This document shows positions 56,905 through 64,000 of a DNA stretch of 64,000 bases, piece after piece. The position numbers and the translations under genes are program-made. Each line of letters opens with the position of its first letter. Position 1 is the first letter of the stretch. The DNA is from a virus. Its lineage: Duplodnaviria > Caudoviricetes. The stretch covers positions 4,579 through 68,578 of IMG/VR virus record IMGVR_UViG_3300031853_000031; one strand, given 5' to 3'. The notes below the pieces were generated by a model. The model had not been told where the DNA came from, did not search any database, and saw nothing but the letters and a program-made list of their open reading frames with translations.

Positions 56905-59676
56905 ATGGCTGCTGGCATACTTGTCGATAGTATGGTCGACAAAAGCGCTCCTAAGATTACAGGTCTTAAACTTCGTAGGAATGCTGCTAACCCCAACGAG
57001 CTTATCGCTGAGTGGAATAAGTGTTCTATGAAGAAATACAAGCGTAACAAGAAAAATGAGCTTGCTATAAAAAGTAGCGGTAAGGTGAAGGCTATCGAAG
57101 CTGTTAAATCGTTTAGAATCGTATGGCATGTGTACAGGGTTGATGCTAAAGGTAAGACTGTTCGTACTGATTCAGTATCTACTCTTGACAATACGCACTA
57201 TCCTGTAAGTACAACACATACCATCGATTCTACTGCTACCAAGGTAACCTTCTTCATTAAACCAGAATCCAAGACCTATTCTTACGAAACCGTTAAGACT
57301 ACGACTACAGGCTCTGGAAAGAAGAAGAAAAAAACTAAGACCACTACGACCCATACTGGCTATTACTTTACCGGAGTTAAGGAGTACAGTAAAACCTTCG
57401 ATCTACAATCAGTTCTCGATACACCTCCTTCTGTACAGTTAAGCTCCAGTGCAGCAGCATCTGGTAACGGTTCTGACGTAAGGCTTACTATCACAGGCTA
57501 CCCGACAACTACTACTAAGATACAGTACGAAATTGCTGATGGACAGTCCAGTGGTAACGTCATACTTGCTACCACTGATGGTGGCTACCCCTCCTTCACT
57601 AAAACTCTTTGTAATACCAGAGTCGTTCTTAGTACTGGCTCATATACTGGTCAGATTATGGCTAGGGCAAGAGTCCAGTATCCGGGAGGTTTATGGGGTC
57701 AGTGGTCGAACTGGTCTTCATCGGTTTATTACTATTCCAACGATAAGGGAGCATCTGCTTCTGAACTTCAGGCTACGGCTATCAGCTCCACATCTATTTC
57801 TCTTACTTGGAAGCAGTTCGCTGCCGATACTTATGAAATTCAGTATGTTGTAAACGATCCGACTCTCTTTGATAGCACAGAAGGTACTACGGTTACGCAA
57901 GCCGCTAATCAGGGTACTACAAAGATTATCCAACAGCTTGAGTCGGGACAAACTTACTACTTCCGTATTAGAGGTTCTTACCAGGGCAGTTACACTAGCT
58001 GGTTCCCGACCTCGTCTACGGGTTATATTTCCGTAACCTTGGGTCTTCCGCCGGGGATACCAACCACTTACTCATTGCTTAACACTCTTGCTGTGGGTGA
58101 GACCGTGAGACTCTACTGGGTACATAACCCAAGAGATAAGTCAACGCAGGTCAAAGCTATGGTACAACTCCTCTTTGAAGGTGTTAGCGGTGTTAACGAA
58201 GGATATGTGGTTGTTAACAATCCATATTACGATGACGAAATTCGTAAGGATGAAAACCTCTACTTAGAGATTGATACAGGTTCGACTTTGACTGTTTACG
58301 GCTCTCCTGAAAACGCTGAGTCTAAGACGTCGCCTATATCCGTGTCATTCTCAGAAGGCGTTTCCTTCCAGTGGAGAGTTAAGACTCAGGGTATTGTTCC
58401 CGAATACAGCGAGTACTCCGTTTACAGGAAAATCACAGTTTACGCTCAGCCAGAGCTTACGCTTGAGGCTTCGTCCGATGGAGTAACATGGGATAATCCT
58501 ACCACTCTTTCTTCCTTCCCATTGTGGCTTAGGATGTCCATCACTCCACGTACTCAGGCACCTATTGGCTTCTCTGTGAACGTCATTGCTCAGGATTCTT
58601 ATTCTTACGATATGGTGAATGGTGAAACTGGCTATGTGACGGCTGGTGAAACTATCTTCTCTGACTACGTGAACGTTACAGAGAACCCATATGTATACAA
58701 GCTCGATTCGACGAAAGCCGCTCTTCAAAATGGCGTATCTTATTTGATCACTACAGCGGTTGCTACAGATATTGGGTTGAGTGCAGAGAACGATTACTAC
58801 ATCACTCCAGCTTGGGAAGATGTCGGAATGGCTCCCACAGCGGATGTTGAGGCTGACTTCGATAGGTTAATATGTATGATCCTTCCTGTATGCTTCGAGT
58901 CTGATGTGGATTACGACCAGTATATGGAGTATGACGAGGAAAATGACGAATGGCTTGTTGATGTAGATTCTTTCGACTTCGAGCCGATGGAGAACGTGTC
59001 TTTAGCTGTTTATCGGGCTAACTCTGATGGGTCTTTCACAGAGATAGCGAGCGGTTTATCCAACCCACCAGATGAGCCCATCGTTGACCCGCATCCAACT
59101 CTTGATTATGTCTACTATCGGGTTGTCTCCACGTACATCCCAACAGGACAACAGGAGTATACGGATTTCGGACCGGTAGAGTTTGATCAGCCCGGTCTTG
59201 TTCTTGACTGGGATCAGGAAGTAAGTTTGGTGGATGTCAACGACCTCGTTATGGAAGAAGAGGGTGTCATTCCGATTCAGGCATATCAAGGTTCTATGGT
59301 GACTCTGCCGTTTAATGTTGATACATCAGAAGGACACTCCAGAGATTCTGAGTTGATAGAATACATCGGTCGTCAAAGACCTGTTGGTTACTATGGAACT
59401 CAGCTGGGGGAGAGCTTCAGCTATAAGACGGAGATCCCGGTTGAGCCGGATGATGAAGAGTTAGATTGGTTGGGCGATGCGATTGTCTATGGTGGCTACA
59501 CATACACTATCGGTATGTTAAGGCAACTATCCAGATACATGGGACCAGTCTACGTACGAGACAATTTAGCCAGGTCTGGTTTCTGGGCTCATGTGGACGT
59601 TTCTATGGAGATTAACCATATGGCTCACACTGTTCCTGTGACTTTAACCGTAACTCCAGTCGAAGGAGGTGCTTAA
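56905..59676 (+). CDS. Minor tail / distal-tail protein with fibronectin-III-like domains
   Basis: ATAISSTSISLTW...LESGQTYYFRIRG FN3 signature; follows the tape measure. Confidence 0.75.
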   Translation: MAAGILVDSMVDKSAPKITGLKLRRNAANPNELIAEWNKCSMKKYKRNKKNELAIKSSGKVKAIEAVKSFRIVWHVYRVDAKGKTVRTDSVSTLDNTHYPVSTTHTIDSTATKVTFFIKPESKTYSYETVKTTTTGSGKKKKKTKTTTTHTGYYFTGVKEYSKTFDLQSVLDTPPSVQLSSSAAASGNGSDVRLTITGYPTTTTKIQYEIADGQSSGNVILATTDGGYPSFTKTLCNTRVVLSTGSYTGQIMARARVQYPGGLWGQWSNWSSSVYYYSNDKGASASELQATAISSTSISLTWKQFAADTYEIQYVVNDPTLFDSTEGTTVTQAANQGTTKIIQQLESGQTYYFRIRGSYQGSYTSWFPTSSTGYISVTLGLPPGIPTTYSLLNTLAVGETVRLYWVHNPRDKSTQVKAMVQLLFEGVSGVNEGYVVVNNPYYDDEIRKDENLYLEIDTGSTLTVYGSPENAESKTSPISVSFSEGVSFQWRVKTQGIVPEYSEYSVYRKITVYAQPELTLEASSDGVTWDNPTTLSSFPLWLRMSITPRTQAPIGFSVNVIAQDSYSYDMVNGETGYVTAGETIFSDYVNVTENPYVYKLDSTKAALQNGVSYLITTAVATDIGLSAENDYYITPAWEDVGMAPTADVEADFDRLICMILPVCFESDVDYDQYMEYDEENDEWLVDVDSFDFEPMENVSLAVYRANSDGSFTEIASGLSNPPDEPIVDPHPTLDYVYYRVVSTYIPTGQQEYTDFGPVEFDQPGLVLDWDQEVSLVDVNDLVMEEEGVIPIQAYQGSMVTLPFNVDTSEGHSRDSELIEYIGRQRPVGYYGTQLGESFSYKTEIPVEPDDEELDWLGDAIVYGGYTYTIGMLRQLSRYMGPVYVRDNLARSGFWAHVDVSMEINHMAHTVPVTLTVTPVEGGA

Positions 59677-59677
59677 T

Positions 59678-60742
59678 ATGCCTGATTGGACCCAAGGGAT
59701 GCAGCAGACATTTGAGTACTATACTGTTGATCCAGCTACTTGGCGTAATGTTGAGAGAATAACAGAGGTGATTTCGTCCAACGTCGACCGTGATGATGAG
59801 GACGAGACCAAGGGTTCGGCAACCTTCGACGCCACTCAGGAGTTCGATGAAGGCTATGTGAGAGTGTATTTAAAGACTATTCAAAATGGAACCCCTGAAT
59901 CGTTCTCACTTGGAACCTTCTTAATACAAACCCCGCACGATACCTTCAACGGTCGTGTTCGGGGATTCTCATACGATGCTTACACGCCTCTGCTAGAGCT
60001 TAAAGAGAACTCACCGCCTCTTGGATACTTCGTTCCTAAGGGGTCTAACATCATGGAAACGGCATATCGGATTGTTAGAGACAACGTTCGGGCGCCAGTT
60101 CTGATGGGCGAGTCTGATGACGTTCTGGTAGAGGACTTTGTAGCGTCAGATAATGACTCATGGCTGAGCTTCGTTAGCGACTTGATAGCTGTTGCGAAGT
60201 TCAGCTTAGCTTTAGATGAGTTGAGCAGGGTGATGTTCATGCCGAATTCGGATATGGCAGCATCTCCGCCTGTATGGACTTATACTGATGACAACTCATC
60301 TATACTCTATCCTGACCTTGAGAGAGAAAGGGATTTGTATGGTATACCCAATGTCGTTCAGGTTACTTACACAACACCGGAGGAAGTACCGGTTACCGTT
60401 GAAGTGGTAAACGACGACCCGTCAAGTCCTACATCGACGGTATCAAGGGGCAGGGTGATACTGCATAGAGATACTAGTCCAAGCATCAACGGCAAACCAA
60501 GTTATCAAGAGCTTAAAGAGTATGCAACAACATTACTAAAGACTCTTTCGACTCTTGAGTATAAGATTTCTTATCGTCATGGTTACTGTCCCGTTAGGAT
60601 TGGAGATTGTGTCTTACTTAGTTACAAACGGGCAGGGTTTCTTCAAACAAAGGCTAAGGTGATTTCACAGTCTATTTCCTGTGAGCCTGGATGTCCTGTT
60701 GATGAAACCGCTGTCTATACTATTAAATTGTGGGAGGGGTGA
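59678..60742 (+). CDS. Baseplate hub / minor tail protein
   Basis: Position; RDLYGIPNVV, YCPVRIGDCV; RBS AAGGAGG. Confidence 0.7.
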   Translation: MPDWTQGMQQTFEYYTVDPATWRNVERITEVISSNVDRDDEDETKGSATFDATQEFDEGYVRVYLKTIQNGTPESFSLGTFLIQTPHDTFNGRVRGFSYDAYTPLLELKENSPPLGYFVPKGSNIMETAYRIVRDNVRAPVLMGESDDVLVEDFVASDNDSWLSFVSDLIAVAKFSLALDELSRVMFMPNSDMAASPPVWTYTDDNSSILYPDLERERDLYGIPNVVQVTYTTPEEVPVTVEVVNDDPSSPTSTVSRGRVILHRDTSPSINGKPSYQELKEYATTLLKTLSTLEYKISYRHGYCPVRIGDCVLLSYKRAGFLQTKAKVISQSISCEPGCPVDETAVYTIKLWEG

Positions 60743-60747
60743 TTGAC

Positions 60748-63700
60748 ATGGACCTATCGGCTACATTAAAAAAGCAATTTGCTAAGCTCGCCGCTCCGAA
60801 AGAAGTAAAAACTATCAACAAGCTTTACGGGACAGTACACGCCGTAGAAGGTCAAGCTGCGACGGTCCAGATAGACGGGTCTGACATCGCTACTCCTGTA
60901 ACCTCTCTGGTTGACATACAGGACGGTGATAGGGTAACGCTGTCTATCATCAACCATAAGATTGTCATCGACGGCAACGTATCCCGTCCTACAGACTCTG
61001 CCCTCGATGAGGTGGCTGAGTTACAAGAAGAGCTTGATAATCTGGATATCACAACGCTTGTACAGATCGTTGACGAGTACTGTCTAGCCACAGAGAATTA
61101 TATTCCTGAAGGACAGACCTTTGAAGACATCCGTTATACCGAGTGGGTAGAAGATATCACTGAGCTTACCTGGCAATCCGGGTATTTCTTCTGGCATAGG
61201 CAAAAATTTATATTTTCAGATGGTTCTATCACCTACTCAGATCCTTGGTTTGATGCAGTAGTGCAGATAACATATGAATCTGACAAGGCGGTAGAAGATG
61301 CTATGCAGGCTGCTGAGGACGCAAATGATGTTGCTGAGGCAGCTAATGCGGTAGCCAACCAGAAGCGTAGGGTCTTTAACTCGACACCCACTCCGCCTTA
61401 TGATCTTAACGACATGTGGTTTGATGGACCGCAGGGAGAAGCAAAAATCTGTATTAGGGCCAAAACTAAGAATCAGTCTTATGCGGATTCTGACTGGCAG
61501 CTTGCTACAAAGTATACCGACGATTCTACCGTAAACGCCCTTAAGAATCATTTTTGGTATGATTCCTCTGGAGCCCATGTAGCACAGACTCAGGGCGATG
61601 TAACAAGTGGATATGCTCAGACCATCGCATCAACCGGTATTGCTCAGACATATAATGGTAAACTGGTAACTTCTTGGACTAATACCGGACTTAATTTTTA
61701 TGATAATTCAGGGTCAAGTGCGGTATTGGTAGCTTCTTATGCTAAAGGCGGTTACACACACTATGTAAAGGGCAAGAGGATGATGTCTCTTACGGACTCT
61801 GGTCTTGCCCTTTATAAGTCTGACGGATCCACCTTAATGGCGGGTTTTCTTAGTACCGGTGTTACCTTTGCCAACGATGTTCCATTTACTATTGGTAATA
61901 ACAACAGCTATATCAAATGGGTAAAAGAAAATAACACTTGGAAGATTAAGATCGCAGCTGATGAGATTGAGATGGGTGGGAGCTCGCTCGATACCGGCGG
62001 TGACTATATTAAACGCAATCTAGTAACCAAAGGGCATTGGGATGCTGCTTTTGCGTCAAGTCCTTCTGGCGGCTGGACAAAAGAGTCAAGCTCTACGTTA
62101 CTCTCATATAATGAAACTACCGGTCTCATGAAAGTGTATTGTAGTGGTTCTTGGTATACCATTTACCAGGCTATTGCTGTAAAAGCTAACACTAAATACA
62201 CTATTTCTGCAAAAGTCGGGAGTTCATATCATATCGCATTTTCTACTTCAGCAGCCACAAACTCAGAACTCTCTGGTTGGACTACCGCCTCTGATGGGCG
62301 AGTTTACACTTCTGTTACAACCGGTTCATCTACTACCTATTATATTACCGTAATCGCTAGATCTTCTTCATATTCTTATGTTAATAACATTAAGGTAGAA
62401 GAAGGAGATTACAGCGGGTGGTACTCAGAAGAAGGGGAAAAAGGAGATACTGGCGCAACTGGTGCAACTGGACCTCAAGGTCCAAAAGGTGATAAGGGCG
62501 ATGCTGGAGATTCTAAATATGTTGTAAGAGTTTCTAGTAACTACGGCATTAGAGTTTATACTTCGTATTCGTCTGGGGAGGTTAATACCAGTTCTTATGC
62601 TGAGATTAATTCTAGCAATATTCTCATGGTAGCTGGTGGAACTCAGTATGCTAGTTTCGGAAGTACGACTACTATTGGGTATACTTCATATTATAATCTA
62701 CAGCTATCGTCCAGCGGAATTGATTTTAGATCTGGAACGTCAACGCTTGGAAGAATTACTTATCAATCAAGTGTGCCTAGCGAAAGTGGAGGATCAGTTA
62801 GCGATTCTAGTTTATGCATGGGCTATGGAACGTCTACTGATACAGCAGTTTATGTGACGTCTAATTATAGAGCCATATTAAGATCGTATTATACCAGTTC
62901 CACATATGCGTCACTTGTTGTTAAAGGCTCGACACCTTCTATAGTAGCATATATTAATTCTTCTAGTATTAGTGCGAGCGCTATAATAAATAGCACTTCG
63001 TTTAATTATTCTACAACGAATGCTTTAGCGACTGTATTTTGTAATAGCGTTAAGATGTTCGATGTTAATTCCAGATCAGTTGCGGTCAACGGTGTTAAAT
63101 ACGCAGTCGGACTCGCTACTGACGATTATTCATTTTTAGTCCATCAATATCATGCCGCCGGTTCTAGCGATTTTCCGGTAGAATCAACACGAATAATAGG
63201 TCACGGATCTGCCGGTCTTCATATTTGGGAATCTGGAAACTGGGGGTCGTATGTTCATCTGTACAGAACAACCGATGGAAATGCATATTTTCAGTTTAGA
63301 CCACTTACAACCAACGGTACAATGCTTGGCGGTTCTTCGCATCGTTGGAAACAGATTTGGTGTAATCAGAGCGATATTAATTCCACTTCGGACCTTAAAT
63401 GTAAACGAGTTGTTGAGGACCATGATTGGAAAGTGGATGAATTCATCATGGGTCTTAAACCTATAGCTTTTTATAGGATTGATGAAAACACCGACCAAGA
63501 AGAAGGCGAACTAAATATGGGTTTCGGAGCGCAGGACGTCTACGCTCTTACAAAGTCGCTTAATCTTGGAGATTTATCTATATGCTCAGCCACGATAAAA
63601 GGAAACGTTGATGATGGGCACTCTGGTGAAATAGAATACCATGGCGAAGATATCGACGATCAATATCTGTATTGGTCACTTCAATATAACCAGCTAATCG

Positions 63701-63771
63701 CCCCCATAGTCCTTGAACTGCAAAGATTAATGAAACGTGTTGAAGATTTAGAAAGGAGCACAGCACTATGA
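60748..63771 (+). CDS. Tail fibre / receptor-binding protein with CBM-like module, collagen repeat and C-terminal S74 chaperone
   Basis: RNLV...KANTKYTIS...IKVEEG (CBM-like); G-X-Y repeats at 62434-62511; TSD..CK...GFGAQDV...LIAPIVLELQRL (S74). Confidence 0.85.
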   Translation: MDLSATLKKQFAKLAAPKEVKTINKLYGTVHAVEGQAATVQIDGSDIATPVTSLVDIQDGDRVTLSIINHKIVIDGNVSRPTDSALDEVAELQEELDNLDITTLVQIVDEYCLATENYIPEGQTFEDIRYTEWVEDITELTWQSGYFFWHRQKFIFSDGSITYSDPWFDAVVQITYESDKAVEDAMQAAEDANDVAEAANAVANQKRRVFNSTPTPPYDLNDMWFDGPQGEAKICIRAKTKNQSYADSDWQLATKYTDDSTVNALKNHFWYDSSGAHVAQTQGDVTSGYAQTIASTGIAQTYNGKLVTSWTNTGLNFYDNSGSSAVLVASYAKGGYTHYVKGKRMMSLTDSGLALYKSDGSTLMAGFLSTGVTFANDVPFTIGNNNSYIKWVKENNTWKIKIAADEIEMGGSSLDTGGDYIKRNLVTKGHWDAAFASSPSGGWTKESSSTLLSYNETTGLMKVYCSGSWYTIYQAIAVKANTKYTISAKVGSSYHIAFSTSAATNSELSGWTTASDGRVYTSVTTGSSTTYYITVIARSSSYSYVNNIKVEEGDYSGWYSEEGEKGDTGATGATGPQGPKGDKGDAGDSKYVVRVSSNYGIRVYTSYSSGEVNTSSYAEINSSNILMVAGGTQYASFGSTTTIGYTSYYNLQLSSSGIDFRSGTSTLGRITYQSSVPSESGGSVSDSSLCMGYGTSTDTAVYVTSNYRAILRSYYTSSTYASLVVKGSTPSIVAYINSSSISASAIINSTSFNYSTTNALATVFCNSVKMFDVNSRSVAVNGVKYAVGLATDDYSFLVHQYHAAGSSDFPVESTRIIGHGSAGLHIWESGNWGSYVHLYRTTDGNAYFQFRPLTTNGTMLGGSSHRWKQIWCNQSDINSTSDLKCKRVVEDHDWKVDEFIMGLKPIAFYRIDENTDQEEGELNMGFGAQDVYALTKSLNLGDLSICSATIKGNVDDGHSGEIEYHGEDIDDQYLYWSLQYNQLIAPIVLELQRLMKRVEDLERSTAL

Positions 63772-63968
63772 ATCAGAAACCAATCATTTTAGCAAGAGAA
63801 GAATACGCTAAGGCAATTATTGACGCAACTAACTCTGCACCACTTCCTGCTTTTGTAAAGATCGATGTTCTTAACGGACTTATTCAGTCTCTTAATCAGG
63901 TTGCTCAGGAAGAGTATGCCAGAGAAAAAGCAGAGTGGGACAAGAATCAAAATGAGGAGGAAAATTAA
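63768..63968 (+). CDS. Small tail-fibre accessory protein
   Basis: ATGA overlap with the fibre gene; 66 aa. Confidence 0.65.
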   Translation: MNQKPIILAREEYAKAIIDATNSAPLPAFVKIDVLNGLIQSLNQVAQEEYAREKAEWDKNQNEEEN

Positions 63969-64000
63969 ATGTTTATCGTAGTTGAACTTCAGAAAAACGC
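63969..64000 (+). CDS. 5' start of a truncated ORF (MFIVVELQKN...)
   Basis: RBS GAGGAGG; runs off the window. Confidence 0.5.
   Translation, partial: MFIVVELQKN

Noticed and set aside
14968-63766. Long minus-strand ORFs (e.g. 14968-15558, 25708-26304, 29574-30341, 47232-48035, 53725-54636, 56146-56715)
   Set aside because: Antisense shadows of well-supported genes, with no RBS or recognisable motifs.
60748-63771. Diversity-generating retroelement
   Set aside because: No reverse transcriptase (YxDD) and no TR/VR pair with adenine-specific mismatches in the window.
1-64000. Stop-codon reassignment
   Set aside because: Standard code gives long, tightly packed, coupled ORFs throughout.

Overview
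The window is most of the genome of a temperate siphovirus-type dsDNA phage. The host is probably a Firmicute/Clostridia, inferred from AAGGAGG RBSs, TATAAT -10 boxes and PG-binding/3D domains. It appears to be the excised or circular form: an intact attP-like region lies between the lysin and the integrase, and tail-accessory genes run off both window ends. Layout: (1-5.3 kb) glycosyltransferase, a Cys/Gly/Asn-rich cassette and the lysin; (5.3-6.7 kb) attP and tyrosine integrase; (6.7-14 kb) an array of short transcription units, each with a fixed-spacing promoter CGCAA-N5-ACA-N5-TATAAT, including four ORF-less structured RNAs; (14-27.8 kb) middle and nucleotide-metabolism genes; (27.7-34.7 kb) iteron origin, helicase-primase-PolB fusion, SSB, SF2 helicase and nucleases; (34.7-37.6 kb) a single-chain DFDGD two-barrel RNA polymerase; (37.9 kb) a probable cos site; (38.2-64 kb) packaging, head and tail genes. 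The main candidate novel system is a shared N-terminal L-x-H-(H/Y)-G tag. It occurs on the RNAP and on three head-module proteins with unrelated cargo domains (ART-like; papain-fold toxin with a downstream immunity-like gene; charged coiled coil), and it mirrors five x-x-H-(S/A)-(D/E) motifs in the protease-capsid polyprotein. This suggests a polymorphic virion-cargo loading and cleavage system. Other highlights are the ncRNA cluster and roughly 60 strand-polarised TTATATT sites confined to 7.5-38.1 kb. All family assignments come from manual motif recognition; no database search was run.
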